The notes under the pieces are model-generated. The model ran no database searches and was not told the DNA's origin. It was given only the letters and a program-made list of their open reading frames with translations. Shown piece by piece: positions 13,296 through 26,724 of a stretch of 64,000 nucleotides of DNA (the first letter of the stretch is position 1; each line of letters starts with the position of its first letter). This DNA is from Dirinaria sp. TL-2023a (taxonomy: Eukaryota): assembly GCA_051941275.1 (NCBI GenBank), contig JAVEBF010000002.1, forward strand, positions 1 through 64,000, written 5' to 3'. The position numbers were made by a program, and so were the translations under genes.

Positions 13296-15221
13296 TTATA
13301 ACTCACCAAGTTTTAGCATTGTCGTCGTCGAATTTGATGGGATGCAAAATGGTAATGTGTTGGTTTTCGTGCCAGAATGGGCACCGCGCGTAGATAGGAT
13401 ACCGAAACGCAGAAACACCTCCGAGCAAGTGACTATAATGGAGAGCAAGATTAGGACGATGATGATGTACGTCAATCCTGCCGGCCACGGTTAGCTCAGC
13501 CTTCCTAATGACATGCTCCGGCTAAGCACATGAGATCGGAGTTGAAGAAAAGTAAGCTGACTTACGTGACATCTTGTTATCGGCGATTGAATCGGTGAGG
13601 ATCTCTGCAAGGTCTAGAAATACGCGACAACGCTCGTTGAGCACTTGGATCCGAGGCTTGATTTCAAGGTATTCGCGCACGCCGAAGTAGAGTGGATGCA
13701 AGGTGGGCTCGCTATCCCAGAAGAAGTTGGGAACATCGAGCATGTTGGATGCTGTGATGATGTTCAACTATTTAAGTACGACGCCAAATTATATAGTAGA
13801 AGCGTAACAAAGGGAATACAATCGACTTACAAAGGTTGACATCCACGCGACTCTTGAATAACGCTCCGAGGATCTTCACCACCTCTTCTCTCTTCATTCC
13901 CAGCTTTCCTGTCAGTGCTAGCCTCCTAGGCACATGTTGCGCATCCACCATCTGGTTCGCCATCCTCTGTTCGAAGAAACTAAGTTTTGTGCTCTGCGCG
14001 ATTGCATGCGACATTGCCAGTTTGATCATATGATCTCCGCTTCTCAAGGTAATCATATCGTTGAACACCCTGGGACGGGGAGTTTCAGGATTGTATTCGA
14101 AGTGGAACTCTTCTGTTTCAAAATCTTCTTCGTTTTGCAGGCCAAGGACTAGAGAGGTTCCTGTTTGATGGGAGGAGAAAGTAAGGTCGGCGAGGATGTC
14201 CTTCTCTTGGTGTTCTGTGAAATTCCAGAAGACGACCACACCGTAAGAGAAGACAAACATTTCTGCAAATTTCAGTGCGTTTGTAGAGGCTCGTGTAGGA
14301 CTGTGTGGGCGGTCTGGTTCTTGAGCCGACTCGCGTCCTGCGCTTTCATAATTGGCTTCTTCGTGATTTGAATTGTCGTACTGCGAGTTCTCAACGTCAT
14401 GACCTCTTACACCAAAGTTTTCTCCACCGCCTTCTTCAAAGTAGCCTTCCACATAGTCTCTCCCTTCACTCCTCTCAATTTCCTCATCCAATACTGCTTT
14501 CCCACCCGGACTCTTCAGCACCGGACTGCTGCGTATCCTATAACCGCCCTTTCCCGGCATCAATGGCAAGTGGTACACAGTATAAAGACAATCATCATAA
14601 AGCTTCGTCCGTGCTCCATGCTGGCCTCTCAAGAACTCCGCCGCTTTTTTCAATTTATACGCCTGCGCGGTACAGTAGGCTGTAACCCTAGCCAATTTCT
14701 CCGCTCTCCTCGCTTTTGGTAGCCTCTCGGCATAGCTCTTGCCCTTCCTTCCCCCAGTCCGTCTTAGCGCTTCTTCGTCATCCTTCGTAGGTTCCTCTTC
14801 ATTATCATCATCATAATCGGCTTTCTCCTCGGTCGCCAAGTCTGTATCCGCTGTCTCTGGTAGCAAGACGAGTTTTTCGCTTACTTTCGTGGTCCGTGAA
14901 GGCATGTGCTGAGGGACTAATCGCCCAGATAGGCGAGGGTCGGCAGGTCGACCGGACTTGGTACGAGGAGCGGAAGGTCGGGGTCCGGGTTGGCGTTGCT
15001 GCATAGAGGGGATATCAGAGGCGTATTGGAGGACATTGTCGACTGTGATGAAGCGAGATGATTGCCGGAGGACTTGGGAAGGTCGTGGCGGTGGGAGACG
15101 TTGTTGGCGAGAGTCGGTGACCTGGTATGGGGTGTAAGCTTCCAAGATGGTATGGAGAGTAGAGGTGGAAGGTTACAAGGACTGTGGGCCCATTTCTAGG
15201 GACAGGAGCGCTTGGCGCCAT
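13296..15221 (-). CDS. DUF155 / RMD1-Sif2 family protein, multi-exon
   Basis: RVTAYCTAQAY, FVFSYGVVVFWNFT, KLAMSHAIAQSTKL, YLEIKPRIQVLNER and a C-terminal TM helix. 3' end approximate. Confidence 0.85.
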
Positions 15222-15640
15222 CTTCCTACGTCGCGACAAACTTCTGCTGCGATCTGACTCTGATGGGAGTCACAGTAAATACGAGCAGTTGAGCAATATC
15301 ATGCGGGCAGAAACTTTGAGAGTATGTGTACAGTCGATGTTGCGCGGTATCAATACACTTGGTATGATTGGCGTGGTATGATTGGCGTTTCTTTGCCCAG
15401 CGTTAGGTAAGATATTTAAATACACAGTGATCTAAAGGAAGACGAGCACTTTTTGATGCTGTATATACATATGACCATTCCCTCATACTCTCCGACGATC
15501 CAAAAGTGTATTATCCAATCCCATGAGACTTTCTTCCTCGCCTCGAGGGTTGCATTTTGCATGCATCGTCAAGTCATGAAATCATAAAAGTCCTACTACT
15601 CATACCGTTCAGGGTTTCACCCAAGAAAGAGCAGTGAGCT

Positions 15641-18574
15641 CTATACCTCCACCTTAGCATCTCTTGCCATTTCCTTCTCCAATTCTAGTTCGAGTCTTTT
15701 GCTGACCTCGCCCAATATCCTTCCTTGCTCCTGCTCTATTCCTTCATCCGACCCTTCCACTTCTGGAATTTGCTCTAGAGCAGGCTTTTGTGTATTCTCA
15801 GTTTTCAACGTCTCCTCCAGTTCTTCAGAGTCTCCACAGTCATTTTGGAAATGGAGGTGCATTTGCGTCCACAAAGTATGCGTTTGCCACCGTGCAGAGT
15901 CAATGTGGTGCTGCAGGCTGGCCTGCGGTTGTGGATGATGAAGCAATGTTTCATTGCGAATCGGATTGTGCGCGAGTGACTCCGTAGAATAAGCGTGCTC
16001 GTAATGCTGGCTTTCCCGTGGGATCAACGATTCTTGACGATCGAACCCATCAGTGCTGCATGACTGTGAAGCATGTTGATCACGTTGGTGAACCTGGTCA
16101 AGAGAGTCCTCATGCTCCGAACCATTGAAGCTTCCATATCGCGAGAGCACACTCCCAGGAGGTCCGAAGCAGTTCTGATTGTAGAGCTGATGTTGTTGCG
16201 TCTCCTCCGCGAACGATATGTGGATCTGACCGCCATTGAAATCATCGGGTCTAGTTTCTGTAAAAGCTGCGGCATCTGCTGGAGTGTAATGGTCGCTGTG
16301 GGACCCACGGATTTGATTCCGACCAAACTCATGCTCGACGTCCCGTACATCATTGTGTTCGGCTTGTGGATGGTCTATATAGCCCAAAGCCGAGGCATGA
16401 CGAGATAGCGCATGCACGCTATCAGAGCAGTCAAATTGATCATCCCGATGGTACAGAGCGTAATCGCTGTGTGCATGCTGTTGGTACCCGAGGTGCGAGG
16501 GATCAGGAAAAGGTGACCCTTTGGGAACATATTCTGTGTTTAACACTCCATCGGCTATGGCCTGCGAATGGGAAGCGGAGTCTTGCGGAGGGTACATCAG
16601 CGGCTCAGACTGGTGTTCGCTATTGTGAATGAAGTGTGCCGAGTTCTGGATCCGAAAAGAGGATGTTTGACTATATTGTGCACGATGGAGAGGCTCTGAG
16701 AATGAGGAAGCAAATGATGTCCCAGTAGAAGAAGGCAGCGACCGTAGATCTGGAGTCCGAGTTGAGAAGCTGGAATCCTCTTCGACGGATTGTCGGCTAA
16801 TTATTCCCTCTGCGTCATCCACAAAAAAGCTGGGCTGATGTGAACAGGCCATTTGTACGGGAACAGCTGGAAGGCCCTCGGCATGATGCAGTGCAGGATC
16901 CACAGAACTCAGCAACGGATTGGCCAGAGACAGAGGAGATCGATCTGCAAAATGAATGTCCAGTGACGCGTTCGGTATTAGCAGCTTTCTCCAAGTGGTG
17001 GTAGCTGCCTCATTCTTCTCAGTCTGGCGGAATCGCCATAACAGAACAGCGATCCTTCGCAGCTCAGAACCGCCAGCCTCTGGTGTTGCATATACCTCTT
17101 GCATCATTGACATATCTCCCAGAAAGCGACGGCCCCATTCTTCCGCCTGCTGCACAGGCTTTCCACTTTCGTGAGCTCGGGCACACTGGCTATAATTTTG
17201 AGATACGATCTCATGAAATACATTTGAAGCCCACCACTTGCTTTGGATGTTGAGGGTAACTCTCACATGACTTGTCGATCCAATGGGCCTGGCTTCTAAT
17301 CGTACTCGCCGGTCATTGAATCGTATATTCCTCCTTTCGCTTACGAAGCGGCCCTGCTCGTATAGATAGGTGCTGGATTGCCAATCACAGTACTGCCTTC
17401 CTCCAGTGACCACTATAAAAGGAGTAATCTCAAGCGCAGCTCTCGGGGGCGGATATTCCTGGGTCAAATTGAGGTTTGTTTCGAGAAGGATCACCTCGCT
17501 GTCCACTTGACCTTTGTCATAGTAGGACGCCAGCTCAGGGTAAAACGTCCGCCACGCAGGAATATCCTCCAGTGCTTGAGTCGAGGACCCTATTTCGCTC
17601 TGTATGCTGGTGTAAGTGTGTATCTTCTTGCCATTGCAATCCTTTATACACATCTCAAAGTTCACCTGGTGAATCGAAGGCACATTGGACCCAAGTATAT
17701 CCATTGGAGGTGGTAAAGCTCCAGAATGAGACTGTCCCAAATTTGTATACTTGCTAATGCTTTTGGCTTCATTGGGAGGCGAATCTGGGAAATCCGGGTC
17801 GAGTTCTTGATGCTTAAGTGCCGTTCCAGCTACATCATTTTTCAAGTCACTGGTCACAAGTCTCAACCCTATAAGGGGCCATGATTTAGAAGAAGGTTAT
17901 CATCAGTAATCTAAGAGACAAACTTACAGGCCTGGTTATCATGCATATAGCCTTTGAGCACCTGTAGGTGGCTTGAGACTTGCTTCCTACCGCGTATTTC
18001 ACCGGTCCACTTCTTTATGTAGTCTTGTATCAATTCATTCCTCCCTCCTTGGCCACCGTCATCATCTACACGGACGTCCTTTTTCCGCCCCAAGACTGGA
18101 AGAATACGTAGGGCTGATAGAGATCAAGTCAGTCTTGTAGCGGCTCGAGAATGAACAGTGCTGATGCGTACCATATTGGAAGCAGTCTTCTACATCATCG
18201 GGCCAGATGGGTGAACCACCATTCTGTTGTTGCCTTTTCCTATACGCACAGTAACGTTCGGACTGAAATTCGTATCTGATGAAATTCGGATTGTTTTGCC
18301 AGGGGAATCTCCGCGACCTTCGCCTCCTACGGTCACTAAGCCTTGTACCATTGCTTCCGGGAACTGTCGATCGGTACTGCGAAGCGGACGCTGTCTCCTT
18401 CGACTCGATTGGTTCGTTTTCTTCTATGCTTGAAGCCGTGGGCTCGCATCCTAGACCAACGTTGCCAGAGCCGTGTTGGAGGATTCTGGAAGTCGTATCT
18501 GCATACAAAGCTCCTTGACTCTCGCTGGGTTGGGAGTGGGAAGCCCGTACGTAATTATCGGTGCAGAAGTCCAT
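15641..18574 (-). CDS. TEA/ATTS-domain transcription factor (AbaA-like), 3 coding exons
   Basis: TEA motifs IWPDDVEDCFQ ... GRNELIQDYI ... RKQVSSHLQVLK split over ORFs 18062-18574, 17911-18093 and 15641-17866. Confidence 0.85.
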
Positions 18575-19047
18575 AATACAACAGATATGCGAAAGAAGAA
18601 TGTATAAATGGAATGGGGGCCCTCATCATTTTTGAAAGCTACTAAGGGTATAGTCTTCATACAATAACCCTCTAGAAAGGGAGGCAATTAGACACGACTT
18701 ACATGCAGGTACCTGCGAACTCCTCCTCCCGGCTAACGCCCTATGTCTCTAGAACAGTCCAATCGCATCTGGAGCCTTACTGCGATCTTTGATTGCAGAT
18801 TCCTAGCGACTAAAACCGCAAGGGATGAAGCTGCGGGTATAAAGTGGCTCGGGAATGGAGTTCGCTACCTGGACAGCAGAAAATGCTGCTTTTATTAATG
18901 ATGTTCGGAATGATCAACAATGAAAATGCAACTGAAGTATAGCAGACTTGTTTGGCGAGGGCTTATGCTTAGACATGACTAGTCTTGATGGGCATGCAAG
19001 GGATTTCACTATACGCACCCTACAACAGCTTGGAAGTTGAGATCGGC

Positions 19048-21845
19048 TTAGTTTTCATCATTGACATTGAATTTCCTCCGATTTGTGCTGGTTAGATTTC
19101 GCAAGGCAACCTTATCAGCTTGTTTTCCCACTCTTCGCTGGATGTCTGCAACCTCTTGTTGAGAATTCATGGCATCTTCGGCGGTGAAGTCCAGCACCAA
19201 CTTCCTTCCCAAGAGATGGGTATCCTTAAGCGAGTCCATGGCGTTCTCGGCCTCTTTTGCGGTGATGAACTCTGCAAAAGCAAAACCACGACTCGACGAA
19301 TCGAACTTTTTGGGTAGACGAATTGAGCGAAGTTGACCGTAAGGACTGAACAGCGATCGCACCTGCTTCTTTGAGGCCTCAAAGGGTAGGTTCTTAATGA
19401 TTATTTTGGTTTTCCGCCCCATTGCTTTCTTTGCACTATCCTCCTTCCGACGTCCTTCCGCGACATCAACATCTTTGCGCGAGACTTGAAGATGGATCTG
19501 GTGGCCATCAAGATTGAAGCAATCCATTGCTTTCAAGGCCACTTGGGCTTGGTGTTTAGTACTGAATTCGAGAAAGCCAAAACCCATACTGAGTAATTGA
19601 CCTTGTTTCTTCGGGTTAGGCTTCATTTTCACTCTTGCTGATAGAAACCCCTCGAGCGGTCTAAACACCTCGTGCAAGCGATCCGTAGTGGTAGAAAAGC
19701 TGAGATTGCGTACGAAGAGGGTAGAGCTATCTACTTGTCTGTTCGAATTTGCGTCTTCGCGAACCATTATTCTACTTGACGGGTTTGCCGCCTTCCCATC
19801 ATCCGGGCGAGGCTCCGCCTCAAGGAACAAGTTCTTCGGCGCTTTTTCAAGAAACAAGATGGAGTTTTTGACCTTTCGATAGGCGAGGCCAGCGAAGGCA
19901 GACCGAGCATGGTTTCGGTCCTTGAATTCAACAATCGCAATAGTACCAGATGGTGGTACCAGCAATCCTGACAGTGGCCCATAGCTCTCGAAGAGCTCTC
20001 TGAGTTCGGATGCTTTCGTCTGGTATGAAAAGTTCTTGACAAGAATGCCAGTATCTCCTCGATCACTGTTTCCGAATGCATCCAGATTCACGCCATTGGC
20101 CGAAAAATACGCTTTGGTCGCTTGGATGTTGTGGGTCTCAGCATGAGCTTGCTTGACCGCAGCATCTGAAGACGAGGCATCTATCAGACTTGATTTGGCT
20201 ACGCCTAGCCGATCTGATACGGAAGATAGAACCGCGTCAGCCTAAATCTATGATCAGTTTGGAACATTTTTTATTCATCATGATGGAAAATCACTGACGT
20301 TCATGAACATTGCATTCCAATTGAAGGTTGAGAAAGCCGCCTCGGCTTTGCGCTTTATGTGTTGCTGCTTCTTATGTGGCAATTTGGAAACGGCAAATTC
20401 GTCGAGGCCTCCCAATTTCCTTTGTGCCGCAGGCGCGATATGCAGTACACGTCCTTGAAACGAGGTGCCACTCAAGTCGTTGAGAGCACACCGGGCAGCT
20501 TCAGGTTGCATGTACGCTACATATGCGTAGCCATTGCCTGTACCTGTTTGGCGATTCATAGACAGGCGTACCTACAACGTGTTAGATACAATGGCGAAGC
20601 AATAGAAAAAACTCATGGCTAAGAACCCAGATGTTTCGGCGTAAGGCTTTCAGACTTGAGATGCATCTACTAAATTGCTTTCCCTAGTGACATCATTTGC
20701 ATGGCATAAGCTGTCCCTATCAGGATATTCATCACAAACGCAAGAAGGAAAAAGATGACTTCGTTTGGGAATTGCCTTACCTCTTCGATTGAGCCGTAGT
20801 CGTAAGAATCGAAAAATTCACGCAAATCTTTTTCTGTTGTAGTGTATGGGAGGTTGCGGATGAATAGTCGACTACTATCTAATTCAGCTCGTTCTAGTTT
20901 GGGACCTTTCAATGTTTCATCGGGAAATATCTCTGTAGTAAGTTGAGCCTCAGTCTGAGTACTGATATCTAAGACTGAAGGAGCTGGCGGATCAATACGT
21001 GAATTACGTTCACCGTCGTTTAAGTCGGGTGCTTTTGACACCAGCGTTTCGTCCTCTTCGACCAGATCCAGGAGCCTGCTTGTTCTAGAACGAAGCCAGG
21101 CTGCGTCTGAGGTCGCAGTCTCTAGCTTTGTTGACCTTGCAGAAGCTTCGAGGGATTGGCTAGGACCTTGGACAACGTAAGCTTCTGCTAGGCCCGATGT
21201 TCCTTGGCCTTCTGCATCTACAGGGGCGCGCTGTTTAGATTGAGTGTCTTGATCCTGATAAACGTTGTTACCGTTGACCTCTGGGGGACAGTCGTGCTGC
21301 GTAGAGTCATGATCTAGAGAGTTGGGCTGGGATTCACGTTTCCCCACCGCAGCCGCATCCAGGATCGAACTTCTGTTTCTCATAGATGGTTCCAAATTTC
21401 TGAGAGAAGAGTCAACTTGAGAGTCGCTGGCCTTGCGCTTCCGTTTTCGAAGATTCTCAGAAGCAGTTGCATCCTGTACAGCAGAAATTACCCCGGTCGT
21501 GGCATTCTGATCGGCAGTGGTATCATGTTGTTGCAACATACGCTGGTCTTCAATCTGCCACCTGAGCGTTAGTCAATATACTTAACATTGTCGATTGTAC
21601 ATGCATAATCCTACCGAGCGAGCTAGCTCGACATTGATCCTGGTCATATTGATGAATGACCTGTTGTAGTATTTTACAGCTTTCAGAGCATCTGCCGGAA
21701 GTTTGTAACCTATATATGCTATTCGTTTGCGGGTGATACATTTTAGATCCGTAATTGGCGATAGTTTGGAAAAATGGTCTTGCAGCTCTTCGGAACGGAT
21801 GTTTGGAGGTAAACCTCGAACAAAAATCCGTGAAGACTCAGTCAT
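19048..21845 (-). CDS. MRD1: Multiple RNA-binding domain protein 1 (multi-RRM, 40S biogenesis)
   Basis: MTESSRIFVRGLPP start, multiple RRMs (RLFIRNLPY, TLFVRNLSF, KIIIKNLPFEA, RGFAFAEF), FNWNAMFMN motif. Confidence 0.93.
20646..20739 (-). ncRNA. Intronic box C/D snoRNA, snR64-like (25S rRNA 2'-O-methylation guide)
   Basis: Lies in the ~207-nt MRD1 intron. Box C GTGATGA (20735-20729), guide GATAGGGACAG (20721-20711) complementary to the conserved LSU rRNA sequence CUGUCCCUAUC, C'-like ATGATGT, box D CTGA (20653-20650). The snR64 identity is from recall. Confidence 0.8.
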
Positions 21846-22319
21846 AGTGACTCTTTACCTTTGTATACGGTTGCCAGATGGCACTTTACTTTGCTCCATA
21901 TTATGAGGACTCACGAACGCACATCATTTCAAGCTGCTTTAGTGTTGGAACTAGAAATTGGAATTTGTGTGCTGGTGGCTCAGGCTTAGGCTCGTTAGGA
22001 TGCCTCGTGCCAAGAGATGCCAAGATATGACACGGAACAATGTTTTCCCAGCACAAGACAAGGCATGGAGATTCGGCAATTACTCAGTCTTTGCCGAAAG
22101 GCGAGTGTGTTATGCCCTTCTGTACTAGACTCTCCAGTATCATATAATTCCGAGATCACTGCTTGGTTGGAAGTTCTACAATCGTATTGAAGAGGGATAT
22201 CTGCCTCATTTCAACACCATTCCCGAAGCTGAATACGACCTCGCCTTCCAAACCTTGGTCTGCTCCTTCGTTGCTTTAGACCGTGCATCTGGCTTGCGGT
22301 CCTGAGGAGACAGAAAATC

Positions 22320-23020
22320 ATGGCTACGGAGAAGAAGGAGAGACTAGAAGGTAAGTCTATCGGCGATCCGCCACATTAATTTCTGTGAGCTGACTATCCT
22401 TAGCTCAGATCAAATCGGCCGACATGGTATTGTTCCCAGTCGCCTAGCTGTTTTCCACCGCGTGAGTTGTTACTTATAATCAAGTGATATCAGACCGACG
22501 AGATGCAGCAAACCGCGATCGATGTTGGTACGGCGCGCACAGAAGTCTTCTCTCCCGTTGATTTGCGCTGACTCGCAACCTTCTAGCTTCCGAAGCTATG
22601 GAGAAGTTCAGCATCGAAAAGGTGCGGCATCTTTCAGGCCCAGAGATATACTATCACAGTACGGATACTAATTTCTAAGGCTAGGACATCGCTCAGTATA
22701 TAAAGAAAGAGGTATGCTTATAAGCCCTGCTCTTCGGAGAGGATCCGCATGCCCCAGGCAGAACATCCTTTGTATCATAATCTAAGCGCAAAACTCACTA
22801 TCTTCTTACGCCAGTTCGATTCGAAGTGTGGAGCGACTTGGCACTGCATTGTTGGGCGGAACTTTGGCAGCTTCGTCACCCATGGTACGTGGCCAGAGAC
22901 GTGCGATCACTGCCTTCAGAGGGCCGAAGAGTGACTGATATTTGTTGCAATATAGAGACGAAGCACTTCATCTATTTTTATCTCGGTCACTGCGCAATTC
23001 TTCTTTTCAAAACACAGTAA
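22320..23020 (+). CDS. nudG: Dynein light chain LC8 (NudG/Dyn2), 7 exons
   Basis: Spliced product [18 protein letters not shown]...[55 protein letters not shown]; six GT-AG introns. Confidence 0.93.
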
Positions 23021-23445
23021 AATTGCAACGTTATTCAAGGGATGGCATTGGACGCGGTGCGCTATGCACGCCACGGGCATAGGCATAGGAAACGAAAAAT
23101 CATTGAGGTCAAAACTATGAAGCTGGACAAGCGGAACCGCAGCGCGAGGCGTTCTTTGCAATGGCGATATTCCGGGACGGTTGAAGAAAACTTGGGTGCT
23201 TTCATGCTGTCAATAGCAAATGCAGGGAAGAATGGCAGGATATTCGAGCTACGATCAGATCTCGTGCCAGTCTTGTGATGCTCTACGTACAATTTGTTTT
23301 TCCGAAGCAGCATGGGGGCTCAACATGCAGCAAAGGCCTACCTTACTTTGCAGTGTCGAACTGTGACGACTGTGACGACCGTGACGACCGTGACTGTGGA
23401 GAACGCCGATCGCTTGGCACCAGTCTTGGCCGGAAGCTAAAAGGA

Positions 23446-23559
23446 AGATAAGTACAGTACATTATCTTATCTTCGCAGACTGCGATAAGGTAAGGAGATG
23501 ATTTTCAAAAACCCTTCAAGGCAGCTAATGCGAAATGATGATTCGCTATAGCTACGATA
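23446..23559 (+). promoter_or_regulatory. Cluster of HGATAR (AreA/Nit2-type GATA) sites upstream of the urea transporter
   Basis: AGATAA 23446, TTATCT 23462 and 23467, CGATAA 23483 and 23554; consistent with nitrogen metabolite regulation of DUR3/ureA. Confidence 0.6.
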
Positions 23560-23769
23560 AAAGCTCGGGCCTGCAGTGTCTCGATCTTAGCTGCATAAAG
23601 CAAGCGTGGGCGTCTGAGTCTCGACAGCGATCGATCTTTGGCATTCGGTTATATCAACCATCCAGATCTCCTCTTTTTCCCAAGCCCTCTTCTCTGCTTT
23701 CATTTTCAATCTCTCTCCTTGTCCATCTACTATTCGCCTCTTGCTTGCGCAGTTCGAACAGTCTAAAGC

Positions 23770-26724
23770 ATGTCGGGAACGCCTCCCCTGAGCCAAGGCG
23801 TTGGCTACGGTGTGATTGTGGGGCTGGGCTTCGCCTTTGCCCTGGGAATGATATTGACCACTTGGACCCTCAAAAAGTACCAGAATGAAGTTCAAACGTC
23901 GGAGATGTTCAGTACGGCCGGGAGAACAGTCAAGTCTGGCCTGGTTGGTGGGTAGCTACCTTACCTTCTTTGCCTAACGTCATGGCGCCGAACAAGTTAT
24001 GTTTTGCATGCTTGAAACTTACAAGCGTAACAGCTTCAGCTGTGGTATCATCTTGGACGTGGGCAGCCACATTGCTCCAATCTTCTGGAGTTGCATATCG
24101 ATACGGCGTGAGTGGGTAAGTCATTCTCAGAGCCAGTTCGAGCGTGTCAAGAGCCATAAGATATGTCTGAGTAATATCTGCTCCAAAGACATACTTCTTA
24201 GCTCAATCTTTTTTGCTCAGAAACATAATGCTGACATCAGAAACCTTGTAGTGGCTTTTGGTATAGTGCAGGTGCAACTGGTAAGTTGTACTCAACAAGA
24301 TCTCTTCAACCCTGTCTGAGTTTGCCAAACACCACAAGATACATCTAAGTAGCAGCTACTTCAAAGACATGCCCATTAGCTTAATCCTTCGTCTCAAAGA
24401 CAAAGTGCTGACGGCGAAAATTTGTAGTGCAAATTATCCTGTTTGCCACGGTAATTGAACCAATACCAATGTCAGGTCTCAATCACTCGAGTTAACGTTG
24501 TCCCAGCTCGCGATTGAACTCAAGAAGAAGGCAAGCAAAGCCCATACCTTCCTGGAAGTTATCAGGGCTCGTTACGGCGTATATACCCACCTAACTTTCA
24601 CTATCTTCGGATTAATGACCAACGTGCTCGTGACTGCGATGCTTCTCACCGGCGGCTCTGCAGTTTGCACATCATTGACAGGCATTCATACAGCAGCTGC
24701 ATGCTTCTTGCTTCCTGTTGGAGTGGTGCTGTATACAATGTTTGGGGGAATCAAAGCTACCTTTTTGACTGATTGTACGTATGCCATGTGCACAGGCTCG
24801 TTTCGAGATATGTGCTGACTGTTTCATCCTCAGATGTCCATACTGTAAGTCATTTCACGATATCGAAGCTGCGACTGTTAATTTCACTCGGCAGGTCATG
24901 ATATTGATCATCATCATTATTTTGTATGTTAATGCAGGTAACCTTTTCAGGGCGTAACTGATTATGCCAAGCGCTCTCACCGCATTTGGAACCAATGCAA
25001 ACCTGGGCAGCCCCAGCAAAGTCTACGACCTCCTTGTCGCCGCAGCTAAGGCGCACCCAGTAGCAGGGAATGCCGAGGGTTCTTACCTGACCATGAGGTC
25101 CAAAGAAGGTGCAGTGTTCTTTGTTATCAATATCGTGGGGAATTTTGTTAGTAAACCCATTCTCTTCTCCGATGCATGCCTTATCTATACAACCGAGAAA
25201 TGCTATGTTACCAGTCTAGAGATTGGCACGCTTGGAGCTGACTGTTGTTTTTCTCAAGGGTACGGTTTTCTGCGACAACGGGTATTACAATAAAGCCATT
25301 GCAGCAAGCCCAGTCCATGCGTTGCCCGGGTACATCATGGGAGGTCTCAGCTGGTTCGCTATTCCTTGGCTTGCCGCAACAACTATGGGTCTCTCCGCCC
25401 TGGCACTAGAAAGTAATCCAGTATGGCCGACCTATCCTTTTAGAATGGCGGATGCGGATGTGACCGCAGGTCTAGTCATGCCGAATGCAGCAGTGGCTCT
25501 GATGGGTAAAGGTGGAGCGGCAGCTGTTTTGCTTTTGGTTTTCATGGCCGTAACTTCGGCCAGTTCCGCGGAATACATCGCCGTATCGTCGATTTGGACA
25601 TACGACATATACCAAACGTACTTCAATCCTAGGGCAAGCGGGAAGACATTGATATATGTCTCGCATGTGAGCGTTGTAGTGTACGCTATTCTACTAGCGA
25701 GCTTCTCCACTGGTCTCTATTGTAAGTCTCTTACGAATACTCTTGAAATAGACATACTGATAGTATCAGATATTGGAATTTCTATGGGCTGTGAGTAGCC
25801 GGACGATTTGACTGCTAACCTAACTAATCCCTGTCTGATAGATCTGTACCTCTTAATGGGCGTCATCATCTCTTCTGCCGTGCTCCCCGCTACACTCTCT
25901 TTAATGTGGAGTAAACAGAACATGATTGCCGCGACTTTGAGTCCTTTTCTTGGCCTTGCATGTTCTCTCATCGCATGGCTTGTCACAGCCAAGAAGCAAT
26001 ATGGAAATCTCTCCGTTGCCAGCACAGGCAGCAAGTACGTTCATTCTAAACTCTGCTCTACCTCATCTAACCCCCAGCACCTTGGCCCACTCAAAGCTTC
26101 TTTTATTACTACTAACAGGGATTTTGCAGCAACCCCATGCTCGCCGGTAATGTTGTTGCCCTGCTCTCGCCCCTTATCTTCGTCCCGGTCTTGACATACA
26201 CCTTCGGTCCTCAAAACTACGACTACAAATCAATGGCCGCGATCCGCCTTAGCGACGACACTGAAATCGCACGCCAAGCACACACAGACCTCGAATCCAT
26301 CCCCGGTACACAGACAATTACTGACGCTCAGCAAACGGAAGAAGAACAAGTGAAGCTCCGCCGTGCATCCAAGATCGCCAAGTCCATGACCGTGATTTTG
26401 ACGATCGCGCTTTTAGTTCTGTGGCCTATGCCCATGTACGGCAGCTCATACGTATTCAGCAAGAAGTTTTTCACAGGATGGGTGGTTGTGGGGATCCTCT
26501 GGATCTTCTGCAGCACCTTCTGTGTTGGACTCTATCCTCTCTTTGAGGGAAGACACAGTCTGATGCGAGTCGCAAGAGGTATCATGGCGGATCTGAAGGG
26601 CGGCAACGGCAGAGTAGTGAGGGGCGAAGGCAGCGACACTGCCAGTAGCGATCGCGTAAGTGGAGAGCGAGCGAGTGAGAAAATCGATGAGAAGCAAGCT
26701 ACTGCGGTGGTAGGGGAGAAGTAG
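23770..26724 (+). CDS. DUR3: Urea active transporter (sodium:solute symporter family), intron-rich
   Basis: [89 protein letters not shown]. About a dozen introns with micro-exons. Confidence 0.95.

Noticed and set aside
23363..23397. 9-bp tandem repeat GTGACGAC(T/C), about four units
   Set aside because: Short simple repeat with no evidence of function.
2298..26724. Nitrogen-catabolism gene cluster (amidase, Moco subunit, urea transporter)
   Set aside because: The genes are interspersed with unrelated housekeeping genes over 24 kb, with no evidence of clustering.
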